Shown here in pieces: positions 27,954 to 38,218 of a stretch of DNA of 64,000 nt. Origin of the DNA: Parcubacteria group bacterium. Its GTDB lineage: Bacteria > Patescibacteriota > Minisyncoccia > SW-4-49-11. The notes under the pieces were generated by a model that made no database searches, was not told the origin of the DNA, and was given only the letters and a program-made list of their open reading frames with translations. The position numbers were made by a program, and so were the translations under genes. Where the stretch lies: positions 60,726 to 124,725 of the forward strand of contig CALRBF010000002.1 of assembly GCA_943354045.1 (NCBI GenBank). The letters run 5' to 3'. How positions within the stretch are numbered: the first letter of the stretch is position 1; each line of letters starts with the position of its first letter.

Positions 27954-29357
27954 TTATTTACATGTTTTAAATTTTTGATAGTTACTCCACACTCCATCAC
28001 AATAATTTCCTCCACAAGCTGATGAACCTGAACATGCCCCACAATAATCTCCTGCTACACAATCAGAACAAGCTCTGGACGAAAAATCTGAATATCCATT
28101 ACATTGACTAGAACATTTATTATATCGTTTTAAATGTTTCCCCATACATACAAGGGCATCTCTTCGATTTGTTCTACTTCCACTACATCCCAGCTCATTC
28201 CAGCTCGTTTGTAAAAATTGACCTGCTCCAGCTGCTCCAGATCCATTTTCATTTGGACAAGCATTAGGATTATTAAATGCTGCAGGACATTCTCTTTGCA
28301 TAATTCCAGCTAATAGTTCAGAAGGAACACCAGTCTGTAAACTAGCATTATTTAGATCAGCCTTAACCGAATCATTTAAACTTGCACAACTTATAGTTGA
28401 GGAGTTACTCCCTCCATTACCGAGCACACCTGATCCACCTCCATTTCCCCCATTATCATTAAAAGTGCTTGCAGTGTCACATTTTACCTCGAATACTTTA
28501 CCGGGTTGAAAAGTAAGTACCGCTGAGAAATTTTGTTCTTGGAAGCCAAGTCCTACTAATAAGAAACTGAATAGGAGAAAACTTGCCATTACGAGCAATA
28601 ATCCAATCACTGCATTGGTAATAATGCCATACCCCGTACTCACTCCCCCGGGATTACCAGCTGAAGTAAGTATATATACTCCACCAATTACAATACTTAA
28701 TACTGCTAGTGAAGCTAGTAGGCCCAAAGCAAAATTAAAGATGTCTCGAATTAAGATAAATATATCACAAATAGTACAATCTCTACTGGTACCACATTTA
28801 ACAAGTCCTGTTTCTGAATTGGTTGAGCTTCCGTTAGTTGTTCCAGCACCAGCATCACCTTCTCCAGGAATATTAGAACCAGTTGCACCCCCAGAGGTCC
28901 CAGCTTGGCTGCCTCCACCAGCATTAGATCCAGATGGTGAATTAGTGGTACCACCAATAGTTGCATTTTCTTTTATACATTTAAAATCACTACATTTAAG
29001 ACCTGCTACACATTCATTTCCATTCCCAGAACAAGATTGCCCCTCTGTTTTATTGCCTCTTGGACTGGAACAAACCTGATTAATACAGGCTAATCCATTT
29101 TGACAAGTATCACCTGAGCAGGATGATCCTAAGCTAGTACGACAAGTTAATCCTAAACCTGGATTATTTTTATCTTTCACTTGGCATTTTCCATTTAAAC
29201 GAGAAATCCCATTTTGAAATGTACAATTTTGCTCTAATGCTGTTGCCCCAGCACTACAGGATCCATCAGCTGTCTGAGCATAAGTAGATTTAATACTAAA
29301 AAATGAAGCTATTAGGAAGATTATACTAAAGACTATACCAAACTTTATATATTTCAT
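27954..29357 (-). CDS. Composite protein: Cys-rich ectodomain + T4SS pilin module + lytic transglycosylase (SLT/VirB1-like) domain + Cys-rich tail
   Basis: Signal peptide. Cys-rich EGF-like N-terminal region. Pilin module ICDIFILIRDIFNFALGLLASLAVLSIVIGGVYILTSAGNPGG...AVIGLLLVMASFLLFSFLL. Then ELLAGIMQRECPAAF...GAAGAGQFLQTSW, which resembles SLT-family E..S / GLMQ / AxGxMQ motifs. The C-terminal 80 aa hold about 14 Cys. Confidence 0.55.
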   Translation of the reverse strand: MKYIKFGIVFSIIFLIASFFSIKSTYAQTADGSCSAGATALEQNCTFQNGISRLNGKCQVKDKNNPGLGLTCRTSLGSSCSGDTCQNGLACINQVCSSPRGNKTEGQSCSGNGNECVAGLKCSDFKCIKENATIGGTTNSPSGSNAGGGSQAGTSGGATGSNIPGEGDAGAGTTNGSSTNSETGLVKCGTSRDCTICDIFILIRDIFNFALGLLASLAVLSIVIGGVYILTSAGNPGGVSTGYGIITNAVIGLLLVMASFLLFSFLLVGLGFQEQNFSAVLTFQPGKVFEVKCDTASTFNDNGGNGGGSGVLGNGGSNSSTISCASLNDSVKADLNNASLQTGVPSELLAGIMQRECPAAFNNPNACPNENGSGAAGAGQFLQTSWNELGCSGSRTNRRDALVCMGKHLKRYNKCSSQCNGYSDFSSRACSDCVAGDYCGACSGSSACGGNYCDGVWSNYQKFKTCK

Positions 29358-30700
29358 TTTTTTACATTATCAGCTAATGTTTGTATTTCTGATTCAGCCT
29401 GAGTGATAGCCTTACTATAGTCCAGTAGTCCTGAATTAACTGCATTAATAGCCTCAATAAATATTTTATCTACTGAATTATTATCTGGTTGTCTCCAAGT
29501 TTTGGCTTGTAAAATTTGTTTTACAAATACGCCATAATCACTATCTTGAGATTGAGTTTCTACCAAATCTCTTCTAGCTGTTGGGCGCTTGGTTTTCAAG
29601 AAATACTCTTGAGCATTTTCTTTTTCAGTAGCTGATTTGAGGAATGCAAAAGATTCTTTAGGATATTTGGATTGACCGCTGACTCCATATCCCCAATAAT
29701 TTGCATAGTTAGCAAGTCCAGAATCTAGTGATACTTGAGGAAGAGGTGCTACCGCAAAATTAAGTCTTGGAGCTTTTGCTTTAATTGCTTCTATTTGATA
29801 AGAATATCCAAATATCATAGCTACTTCCCTCTCATAAAAAGCATCTATTGAATTATTGAGAGTTGAATTCCATGTATATACTGATTTTCGAGGATTAGCA
29901 AAATCAGTATAATAGGTTAAAGCTAATGTTCCTGGAGAGATATTTTGTCCATTGATATTTTTTCCTTGTGAGAATGTAATTCTACTAGAATCTTTTGGAT
30001 CAGTAAATTGAGCACCTGTTTGTAACATTAATGACATTAATATATCAGGGGAACGATTTATATTATCCCCAGTACCAAGTGCAACCCCTGCCTGTTTAAT
30101 ATTACCAAATTGATCAATTTTAGTTAATTCTGGGACAATTTTTTGTAATTCTTCCCAAGTTGCTGGTGGATTTGCAATTCCGGCATCATTAAATGCATCT
30201 TTATTATATAATAATGCTAAGGTATCGGTATATAGGGGAAATCCATATATTTTACCCCCGTCAATAAAGTCTTGATTGACCACATCTACAAAACGATCTT
30301 GATAATCTTTAAGCGTCATAATTTCTTCTGGCATTGAAGCTAATTTATTCTTATGCTTCCCGAGCCAAGTATGTTCTATTGCAAATATATCTGGTCCTCG
30401 TCCCTCAGCTAAAGCATTCACTAATTCTGTTTCATAATCTTGTGGCTTGAATTTACGATATTCTATACTTACATTAGGATATGTTTTACGAAAATCACTT
30501 CCTAATTTTGTCATTGTCTCACTTTCATCCCATACGCCCCATACTACCAGATTAGCTTTTTGTACTTGTTTTCTACCTCCAGCTTGGAACCCAAGAGCAT
30601 TCCCTAACATCAAAATAACAATGGCCAATATAGCCACTCCAGCAATAATAATTAATTTACGATTTTTGGTAAATGAATCAAGAGAATTATTCCCTGCCAT
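29354..30700 (-). CDS. ABC-type extracellular solute-binding protein (family 1, sugar-type), membrane-anchored, with no cognate permease/ATPase genes nearby
   Basis: N-terminal TM anchor then an SBP_bac_1-like fold (GPDIFAIEHTWLG, GFPLYTDTLALLYNKDAF, ATWEEL). The stop overlaps the start of the pilin-SLT gene by 4 nt. Confidence 0.7.
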   Translation of the reverse strand: MAGNNSLDSFTKNRKLIIIAGVAILAIVILMLGNALGFQAGGRKQVQKANLVVWGVWDESETMTKLGSDFRKTYPNVSIEYRKFKPQDYETELVNALAEGRGPDIFAIEHTWLGKHKNKLASMPEEIMTLKDYQDRFVDVVNQDFIDGGKIYGFPLYTDTLALLYNKDAFNDAGIANPPATWEELQKIVPELTKIDQFGNIKQAGVALGTGDNINRSPDILMSLMLQTGAQFTDPKDSSRITFSQGKNINGQNISPGTLALTYYTDFANPRKSVYTWNSTLNNSIDAFYEREVAMIFGYSYQIEAIKAKAPRLNFAVAPLPQVSLDSGLANYANYWGYGVSGQSKYPKESFAFLKSATEKENAQEYFLKTKRPTARRDLVETQSQDSDYGVFVKQILQAKTWRQPDNNSVDKIFIEAINAVNSGLLDYSKAITQAESEIQTLADNVKK

Positions 30701-30702
30701 AT

Positions 30703-31245
30703 TTATGATTTTTTAAATATATACCCATAATGATATTTACCTGCATCAATTTTATGATCAATTTCAAAACCATTATTTTGTATCAGAGAAACTAATTCTC
30801 TCTCTGGAATTCTTGATGATTTGAGAGGTCCTATTGGGCTTGCTATATCCCATTCTATTATGACCAATTTCCCTTTTTCTTTTAATATTTTATAAGCTTC
30901 TTTGAGCAAATGTTTTTTATCATTTACTTGAAAAAGGATATTATGTATCATAACTCTATCTACTGATTCTTTTGGTAAAGTAGAACCACTATCAGTCTCG
31001 AGATTAGTCAAAATCAATTCAATATTGGTAATACCTTGAATTTTGTATTTACTTCTGAGAGACTGATGTGCTGATTCCATTACATCAATTGCAAATACTT
31101 TCCCTGTTGGCTGAATATATTGAGCAATAGCAATAGAAAAGTCTCCAGCCCCCGATCCAAAATCAGCAATTTTCATTCCAATTTCTAAGTCAAATTGCTT
31201 TACTATTTCACGCGGTGATAGAAATCGAGTAGTGGTTTCTAACAT
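30703..31245 (-). CDS. Class I SAM-dependent methyltransferase
   Basis: Motif I IADFGSGAGDFSIAIAQ; acidic motif II FAIDVMES; motif III VDRVMIHNILFQV. First gene of the pilin operon. Confidence 0.8.
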   Translation of the reverse strand: MLETTTRFLSPREIVKQFDLEIGMKIADFGSGAGDFSIAIAQYIQPTGKVFAIDVMESAHQSLRSKYKIQGITNIELILTNLETDSGSTLPKESVDRVMIHNILFQVNDKKHLLKEAYKILKEKGKLVIIEWDIASPIGPLKSSRIPERELVSLIQNNGFEIDHKIDAGKYHYGYIFKKS

Positions 31246-31261
31246 AATGAGATTTTATTTT

Positions 31262-31302
31262 ATACCTATATCAAGTATATAGGTATTCCTTTAAATCGTC
31301 AA
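31262..31302 (-). promoter_or_regulatory. Minus-strand promoter (TTGACG-17-TATACT) overlapped by a perfect 10-bp inverted repeat ATACCTATAT-N5-ATATAGGTAT (candidate operator) upstream of the methyltransferase-pilin operon
   Basis: -35 = revcomp of 31297-31302; -10 = revcomp of 31274-31279; palindrome 31262-31286 spans the -10 and TSS; start codon at 31245. Confidence 0.45.
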
Positions 31303-31374
31303 CTATCTGTATGGGTTCAAGGATATTATCTCTCTTGGGGGGGATAGACTTCAAGTTCATATTTTATCCACCCC

Positions 31375-31430
31375 GTCTCCCGCCTAAACAAAGTATAGGA
31401 GGGAGACACCCCTCAAGAGGGGAATTTTTT
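31375..31430 (+). repeat. GC-rich double hairpin (GTCTCCC-N19-GGGAGAC, then CCCCT-caag-AGGGG + AATTTTTT) oriented as a plus-strand terminator in a minus-strand gene region
   Basis: The first hairpin loop ccgcctaaacaaagtataggaggga is nearly identical to 18198-18225. Member of the same repeat family. Confidence 0.5.
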
Positions 31431-31469
31431 GTACAGTACATTTTTATATATTCCCTTTCACTAATACTA

Positions 31470-33962
31470 TTATTCTATTCCTTCTTCTGGTTCATCTTCG
31501 GTAGTAACAGCGATTGAAGCAATAGTATCATCTTTATTAAGTCTCATAATTTTTACCCCTTGAGTATCCCGAGATAATGTCGGAATATCTTTTTGAATAT
31601 TAAGCTTAATAATATTCCCTCCAAGAGAAATAGCAATCAATTCTTTGCTATCTGGGGTAACTACTTGAGCCCCCATAACAAGACCAGTTTTAGTGGTGAT
31701 TTTAGAAACCTTTACTCCTCCCCCACCTCGTCGCTGTACTTTATAATGACTTAATTTACTTTTTTTACCATATCCTTGAGCGGTTGCAATCACAAGCCAT
31801 CCTTGCTCATCTCCAGAACGAATTGTTTGCATAGATAATACCGTATCATCAGGCTTTAAGGTGATTGCTTTTACTCCAGAAGCTGTTCTTCCCATTGGCC
31901 TTAATTCTTCTTGAGAGAATCGTATTGCTTTTCCTTGTGCGGTAAACAAAATTACATCATCATCGGTATGAGTAATAGTTGCTTGTATCAGAGTATCTTT
32001 ATCTTTGAGATTAATAGCAATAATTCCACCTTTTCGCACATTGGCATATACTGACATTGCACTCTTTTTGATAACACCCAATCTGGTGACAATAGAAACA
32101 AAACTATCTGATGCATCTTCAGTTGGTAGAATTGACTGGATTTGCTCATCTTTGGTAAGTTCCAAGAAATTAACTATAGATTGTCCTTTGGCAATACGAG
32201 ACCCTTGTGGGATTTCATAAGCCTTTAATTTCAATACTCTTCCATTATTAGTAAAGAATAATAATTTCGCATGAGTAATAGTATGAAGGAAAATTGATAC
32301 AGAGTCATCTTCCCGTGTCTTAACTCCAGAAATTCCCACTCCACCTCGTCTTTGAGAACGATATTCTTTAGGGTCTACTCGCTTAATATATCCATCTTTG
32401 GTCAAAATAATAATAGTATCTTCATTGGGAATAAAATCTGTCTCTCTAAAATCTCCCAATTCCTCTTGGAATACTCGAGTTTTTCGCTCATCGCCATATT
32501 GCTCGGATACTTGCTTCAAATCATCTTTGATAATCTGATAAATTCTCTCTTCTGATCCAAGAATTGACTCTAATTCTTTAATAAGAATTAATAATTCTGC
32601 TAATTCATCAAGAATTTTTTGTCGCTCTAATCCAGCAAGAGTTTGTAATCTCATATCGAGAATAGCCTGCACTTGTAAGGTGCTAAATTCAAAGCGCTTA
32701 ATCAAATTAACCTTGGCAAGTTCTTTACTCTCAGATCCTCGAATAATAGTAATAACTTCATCAATAAAGTCAAGAGCCTTTTTGAGTCCTTCCAAAATAT
32801 GTGCTCGGTCTTTAGCCTGTTGTAATTCGAATTCAGTTTTTCGGGTTACTACTTCTTTACGATGAATAATATAATATTGTAAAGCTTGTTTTAATGACAA
32901 AGTTTTTGGTTCAATACCATCACAAAGAGCCAACATATTCACATGATAGGTTTTTTGTAAATCTGTTAATTTATATAATTTATTGAGTACCTTTTGTGGA
33001 TAAGCATCAGATTTGAGTTCAATCACCACTCTTACTCCATCTCTATCAGATTCATCTCGAATATCTTTGATCCCATCAAGTTTTTTATCTCTGACCATAT
33101 TAGCCATTTTCTCAATCAAGGTAGATTTATTGGTCTGATATGTCATTTCAGATACAATAATATCAAAAGCATTTCCTTTTTTGGTTCTCTCTACAATTTC
33201 AGCTTTAGCTCGAGTTACCAGAGGCCCTCGCCCAGTAGCATATACTTGCCGAATATTTTCAATATTATATAATTCACCTCCAGTTGGGAAATCTGGTCCC
33301 TTGACAAAATGCAATAATTCTTCAATAGTAATTTCTGGATTTTCTATCAAAGCAATAGTTGCTCCTACAATTTCTTTCAAATTATGGGGAGGAATATTAG
33401 TTGCCATACCTACCGCAATTCCTGTTCCTCCATTAATAAGAAGATTAGGGACTCTAGCTGGTAATACGGTTGGTTCTTCTAAACTTCCATCATAATTAGG
33501 GATAAAATTAACGGTTTTTTTATCAATATCAACCAGCATTTCCCTCGCAATTTTATCCATTTTAGCCTCAGTATATCGCATAGCCGCAGCTGAGTCACCA
33601 TCCATAGATCCAAAGTTTCCCTGTCCTTTTACCAAGGTATATCTCAAAGAGAAATCTTGTGCCATACGCACCAAAGAGTCATACACAGCAGTATCTCCAT
33701 GGGGATGGTATTTTCCCAGCACTTCTCCAACTATGGTAGCAGATTTACGGAATTTTGCTTCTGGCCGTAGACCAAGTTCATGCATAGCATAGAGAATTCT
33801 TCTGTGAACGGGTTTTAATCCATCTCTTACATCAGGAAGAGCTCTATCTACAATGACACTCATTGAATAATCAATATAGGCCCGCTCCATCTCAGCTACA
33901 ATATCAGTCAGCTCAATATTTCCTATATTCTCAATTGTTGAAATTTTGGTATCGTCTGCCAT
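31470..33962 (-). CDS. gyrA: DNA gyrase subunit A
   Basis: [14 protein letters not shown], active-site region [10 protein letters not shown], GyrA-box QRRGGKG-like and C-terminal beta-pinwheel repeats. Confidence 0.95.
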   Translation of the reverse strand: MADDTKISTIENIGNIELTDIVAEMERAYIDYSMSVIVDRALPDVRDGLKPVHRRILYAMHELGLRPEAKFRKSATIVGEVLGKYHPHGDTAVYDSLVRMAQDFSLRYTLVKGQGNFGSMDGDSAAAMRYTEAKMDKIAREMLVDIDKKTVNFIPNYDGSLEEPTVLPARVPNLLINGGTGIAVGMATNIPPHNLKEIVGATIALIENPEITIEELLHFVKGPDFPTGGELYNIENIRQVYATGRGPLVTRAKAEIVERTKKGNAFDIIVSEMTYQTNKSTLIEKMANMVRDKKLDGIKDIRDESDRDGVRVVIELKSDAYPQKVLNKLYKLTDLQKTYHVNMLALCDGIEPKTLSLKQALQYYIIHRKEVVTRKTEFELQQAKDRAHILEGLKKALDFIDEVITIIRGSESKELAKVNLIKRFEFSTLQVQAILDMRLQTLAGLERQKILDELAELLILIKELESILGSEERIYQIIKDDLKQVSEQYGDERKTRVFQEELGDFRETDFIPNEDTIIILTKDGYIKRVDPKEYRSQRRGGVGISGVKTREDDSVSIFLHTITHAKLLFFTNNGRVLKLKAYEIPQGSRIAKGQSIVNFLELTKDEQIQSILPTEDASDSFVSIVTRLGVIKKSAMSVYANVRKGGIIAINLKDKDTLIQATITHTDDDVILFTAQGKAIRFSQEELRPMGRTASGVKAITLKPDDTVLSMQTIRSGDEQGWLVIATAQGYGKKSKLSHYKVQRRGGGGVKVSKITTKTGLVMGAQVVTPDSKELIAISLGGNIIKLNIQKDIPTLSRDTQGVKIMRLNKDDTIASIAVTTEDEPEEGIE

Positions 33963-33967
33963 AGTCT

Positions 33968-34558
33968 TTAAGATTTAATCTGCTGTATAAGGGGTTTGAT
34001 TTCGACAATATCGAATGGAAGCTCTGATTTTTTGATACTAAAATCATCTTGAGGCTCTTGTTTTATCCCATATTCACTCACTAATCCTTGTAATTGTGAA
34101 TCTTGAGTATATACCGGAATTACAATACGAGGCTCAATAGCATTAATAAGATGTAAAGATTTCTCAGACCCAAATGATTCGCTCAATGATAATACCAGAA
34201 TATCTGGACTTCCTATGAATTCCAAGTCTTCTGTAGTTAATTCTTTTGTGATACCAAATACTATTGCAACTAATATATTCTCTACCGAAAGAGAAATAAG
34301 ATTAATTTTATCTTCATCTTCAATTTGCCGAATTGCAGCAACCCGAACAGTAACTCCTTGATAAGAATATTCTCCTGCTCCATTAATATGAAATCCCTTT
34401 ATATCTGATATTTTGATAGGTTTAGTAGAAATAAGTAAATCATTTTCTTTTTGAGGAATAATGAATTTGGCTTCCTCAGCCTCAACAGGATTGATAATCA
34501 CGCGATAATCTTTTCCTTTGATTGTAATTGTCGTATTATTTTGCCATTGAATCTGCAT
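33968..34558 (-). CDS. Hypothetical protein (possibly a degenerate MBL-fold; His cluster absent)
   Basis: ORF only; weak pattern. Confidence 0.3.
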   Translation of the reverse strand: MQIQWQNNTTITIKGKDYRVIINPVEAEEAKFIIPQKENDLLISTKPIKISDIKGFHINGAGEYSYQGVTVRVAAIRQIEDEDKINLISLSVENILVAIVFGITKELTTEDLEFIGSPDILVLSLSESFGSEKSLHLINAIEPRIVIPVYTQDSQLQGLVSEYGIKQEPQDDFSIKKSELPFDIVEIKPLIQQIKS

Positions 34559-34564
34559 ATCTGA

Positions 34565-36052
34565 TTATTTATTCTGAGTAATAGTATCATGAAGAATTTG
34601 TTTTGCAATTTGTGGATTAGCGCTACCCTTAGAATACCGCATTACCTGCCCTATTAAGAATTGCAACACATTTTCATTCCCATTCTGATAGTCCAGCACT
34701 ACTTTAGGGTTTTCAGTAATGACTTGATCCACAATTCCTTGCAAAGCATTAGTATCACTTACCTGCTTTAATCCTTGTGATTCCACAATATCGCTAGGAT
34801 CTGATCCTGTCTCAATCATTTGCAATAATAAAGTCTGAGCTCCTGTAGATGATACTTCTCCACTAAATACAATTTTGATAAATTCAGCATAATTCTCGGG
34901 ACTAATGGGAGAATTATCAAAAGACAGTCCCTTTTCAGAATAATGCTTAATAAGCTCAGTAAGAATATAATTAGCGGACAATTTGATTAATTTGGTAGTC
35001 TCCTCAGGGGTAAATTCTTTATTATCAGCTTTTATCCAAGCTTTTAATTCGGATATTGTTTGTTCAAAATAATCTGCTAAAGCTTTATTTCGCACCAAAA
35101 TCTCAACCTGCTGTATAGCTAATTGATATTCATCAAGGAATCGCTTTCTCTTTGCAATAGGAAGCTCCGCCGTAATAGAGGCGGCATCAGTAATAATAGC
35201 AGATGTCTCAAAAGGGGGAATATCAGGTTCTACAAAGTAGCGATAATCATGAGCATTTTCTTTTTTACGCTGACTAAAAGTAATAGATTTAGAATCATCC
35301 CAACCTCTGGTTTCCTGTACTACCTCTCCCCCTTGTGATATAACTTCTGTTTGGCGAATAATTTCATATTCAATAGCCTGCTCTACTACACGAAATGAAT
35401 TCAAATTCTTAATTTCTACTTTAGTCCCAAAAGCTTCTGTACCCTTTTCTCGAAGAGAAATATTTACCTCACAGCGCATTTGTCCCTTATCCATATCTCC
35501 ATCGGATATATCAAGATAACGCAATATTAATTGTAATTCTTCACAAAATATTTTTGCTTCCTCGGCATTACGAATATCGGGCTCAGTCACAAGTTCCATC
35601 AAAGGAAGTCCTGCTCTATTATAATCTACAACGGTTTTACCATTAATATGAGATAATTTACCCGTATCCTCCTCCATATGAATTCGAGTAATACGAATAT
35701 ATTTTGGTCCCTTAGAAGTTAATATTTCAATATTTCCCTCATAACAAAGAGGTCTTTCATATTGAGTAATCTGATACCCTTTTGGCAAATCTGGGTAAAA
35801 ATAACTTTTACGTTCAAACCAAGTATAATCGGAAATTTGACAATTCAAAGCTTGTCCAAATCGAGTTATTTTGACTAAAGCCTCACGATTAGGTACTGGC
35901 AATGTCCCAGGATGCCCAGTACAAATAGGACAAATATTGATATTAGGCTGATCTTCGAGCCCCTTCCCATTTATACAGGAACAGAACATTTTAGAATTTG
36001 TTTTTGACTCGACATGCACTTCCATCCCGATCACTGCTTCGTATTCTTTCAT
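34565..36052 (-). CDS. gatB: Asp/Glu-tRNA amidotransferase subunit B
   Basis: MKEYEAVIGMEVHVE...FCSC..., GatB_N and GatB_Yqey domains. Confidence 0.95.
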   Translation of the reverse strand: MKEYEAVIGMEVHVESKTNSKMFCSCINGKGLEDQPNINICPICTGHPGTLPVPNREALVKITRFGQALNCQISDYTWFERKSYFYPDLPKGYQITQYERPLCYEGNIEILTSKGPKYIRITRIHMEEDTGKLSHINGKTVVDYNRAGLPLMELVTEPDIRNAEEAKIFCEELQLILRYLDISDGDMDKGQMRCEVNISLREKGTEAFGTKVEIKNLNSFRVVEQAIEYEIIRQTEVISQGGEVVQETRGWDDSKSITFSQRKKENAHDYRYFVEPDIPPFETSAIITDAASITAELPIAKRKRFLDEYQLAIQQVEILVRNKALADYFEQTISELKAWIKADNKEFTPEETTKLIKLSANYILTELIKHYSEKGLSFDNSPISPENYAEFIKIVFSGEVSSTGAQTLLLQMIETGSDPSDIVESQGLKQVSDTNALQGIVDQVITENPKVVLDYQNGNENVLQFLIGQVMRYSKGSANPQIAKQILHDTITQNK

Positions 36053-36118
36053 ATAAACACTGTATAGGTATTATTTTATACCTTATTATACCATATATTC
36101 TATAATTTTGCTAGAAGT

Positions 36119-37597
36119 CTATTTTTCTATGCGTGGGAATATGTGAATATTCTCTCCTGCAAGAAGTCTTTTCATCAAATTTGCGGTTGACGGCATTATT
36201 GGTTCAATTATCTCTGTAATTTGATGAAGAGACTCAAGCCAATTCTGCATAAGAGTATTCAATTCTTCAGTTTTCCCCTCTTTATACAATTCCCAGGGTT
36301 TATGAGACTCTATTTCTTGACCAATGATATTGATCTGCTCAAATATACTATGTATTGCACCATAAATATCATATTTTTGAAAAGCATTATGATAATCTTG
36401 AAAGACTGCACTTGATTCAGGCTGTACTTGCACGTCATATTTCTTCGCCATTCCAATTACACGACTAAAAGTATTACCAAATTTATTGACAAGTTCCGAT
36501 TCATAAATTCCAATAATCTTCTCTTTGGTAATATCTCCATCATTACCAATTCGCATTTCTCGGAGGATCACATAGCGGAGTATATCATTCCCAAGTCCAT
36601 CCGTTATCTCATCAAAATATGTAATAATATCTTGAGGAACTATTACATTTCCAATACTTTTACTCATTTTACGCCCATCAGAGAGGAAAAATCCTGTGAT
36701 GAGAATTGTCTTCGGTAAATTCTCTTCTGGTATTCCGAGGGCCAAAAGGAAGGCTGGCCAATATACTGCATGAAATTTGAGAATATCCTTACCCATTACT
36801 TGCAAATCTGGTGGCCAAATATCTCCAATTTTAGCTAAAATCTCTCCTATAGATAAATCCTTAATATCTATATTTTGACTCGCCAAAACACCCGACATAT
36901 AATTAAATAAAGCATCAATCCAAACATATAATGTTTGACTAGTATCAAATGGTACTGGAATACCCCAGCTTACTTTTTCTCGTGTTACTGAGAAATCTCC
37001 CACTTCTGGATTTTTCAAGAGCTCAATTGCCTCATTGCGTCGAGATTCTGGTATAATATTAATCTTACCATCCTCTATAAGCTGCAAAACTCTATCCTTA
37101 TACTTATTTAATCGAAAAAAATAATTCTTTTCTAATACAATTTGTGGCTTCTCATCATGATCAGGACATAATCCCCCCACTCTGAGTTCAGATTGAGTGA
37201 CAAAAGACTCCGCTCCCACACAATATAATGCCTCATATTCTTGCGGGTATATATCATTAGTTTCTAATAATTTTTGAATAACAACTTGGCATAAAACTTT
37301 ATGAGTCGGATTAGTAGTACGAATAAAATAATCATAACTAATATCCAAATCTTTCCAAACTCCCTCCCAAATAGCAGATAATTTATCGGTATATTCCTGA
37401 GGTGATAAATTGTCTTTTTTGGATGCATCAGCTACTTTTTGTCCATGCTCATCGGTTCCTGTCAAAAAGAAAGCTCCCGATCCAAATTTGCGATTATAGC
37501 GTGCTAATACATCAGCAATAGTGGTTGCATAATAATGCCCTAGATGAGGCTCCCCATTTAAATAATAAATAGGAGTTGTGACAAAGAATTTTTTCAT
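36119..37597 (-). CDS. metG: Methionine--tRNA ligase (short, no C-terminal tRNA-binding extension)
   Basis: TTPIYYLNGEPHLGHYY (HIGH) and KMSKSIGNV (KMSKS). Confidence 0.95.
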   Translation of the reverse strand: MKKFFVTTPIYYLNGEPHLGHYYATTIADVLARYNRKFGSGAFFLTGTDEHGQKVADASKKDNLSPQEYTDKLSAIWEGVWKDLDISYDYFIRTTNPTHKVLCQVVIQKLLETNDIYPQEYEALYCVGAESFVTQSELRVGGLCPDHDEKPQIVLEKNYFFRLNKYKDRVLQLIEDGKINIIPESRRNEAIELLKNPEVGDFSVTREKVSWGIPVPFDTSQTLYVWIDALFNYMSGVLASQNIDIKDLSIGEILAKIGDIWPPDLQVMGKDILKFHAVYWPAFLLALGIPEENLPKTILITGFFLSDGRKMSKSIGNVIVPQDIITYFDEITDGLGNDILRYVILREMRIGNDGDITKEKIIGIYESELVNKFGNTFSRVIGMAKKYDVQVQPESSAVFQDYHNAFQKYDIYGAIHSIFEQINIIGQEIESHKPWELYKEGKTEELNTLMQNWLESLHQITEIIEPIMPSTANLMKRLLAGENIHIFPRIEK

Positions 37598-37648
37598 ATA
37601 CTTATTTGCTATTAGATTGATATCATTTCTTCACCTAATATGTATACA

Positions 37649-38104
37649 TTACTTAATCTCCAAAATCACATATTTCTGAACACCAGATGGAGTCTCAACT
37701 TCAACTTGCTCTCCCACACTACGATGCATAAAAGCTTGTCCAAGAGGAGATTCATCTGAAATTTTTCTCTCAGCAGGATTAGCTTCAGTTGGACCTACAA
37801 TTAAAAATTCTCTTTCCCCAACACCATTAGCAACTTTAATTTGAGACCCCAAAGATACAAATTGAGAATTGGTAGGAGATTCGATTACTTCAGCATTACG
37901 AATCAAATCTTCTAATTCTAGAATTTTAGATTCATTAAAAGCCATATCATTTTTTGCCTCATGATATTCGGAGTTTTCTTTCAAATCTCCTTGCTCTTTA
38001 GCCAATTTAATTTTCTCAACAATATCCTTGCGTCGAATCAAAAGAGCCTCAAGTTCTACTTGCGCCTTTTCTAACCCTGACTTAGTCATATGATACTTCT
38101 TCAT
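37649..38104 (-). CDS. greA: Transcription elongation factor GreA
   Basis: N-terminal coiled-coil (LTKSGLEKAQVELE..) and C-terminal FKBP-like domain. Confidence 0.9.
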   Translation of the reverse strand: MKKYHMTKSGLEKAQVELEALLIRRKDIVEKIKLAKEQGDLKENSEYHEAKNDMAFNESKILELEDLIRNAEVIESPTNSQFVSLGSQIKVANGVGEREFLIVGPTEANPAERKISDESPLGQAFMHRSVGEQVEVETPSGVQKYVILEIK

Positions 38105-38218
38105 ATATTATGTAATTATATAGTGTTAACGAGTTAAAGGACGTATATATTTATATATATCTTTTATACATTCACTTTTTATTATAAATATCCTATTGTA
38201 TATTCACTTTTACTGTTA

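Noticed and set aside
28615-29079. 154-aa plus-strand Pro-rich ORF
   Set aside because: Shadow of the Gly-rich linker within the pilin-transglycosylase gene on the opposite strand.
31311-31517. 68-aa plus-strand ORF between the methyltransferase and gyrA
   Set aside because: Runs through the GC-rich hairpin repeat and terminator-like structure and overlaps the gyrA 3' end; not protein-like.
33968-34558. Metallo-beta-lactamase-fold hydrolase assignment
   Set aside because: Secondary-structure-like pattern is vaguely MBL-like but the HxHxDH metal motif is absent; kept as hypothetical.
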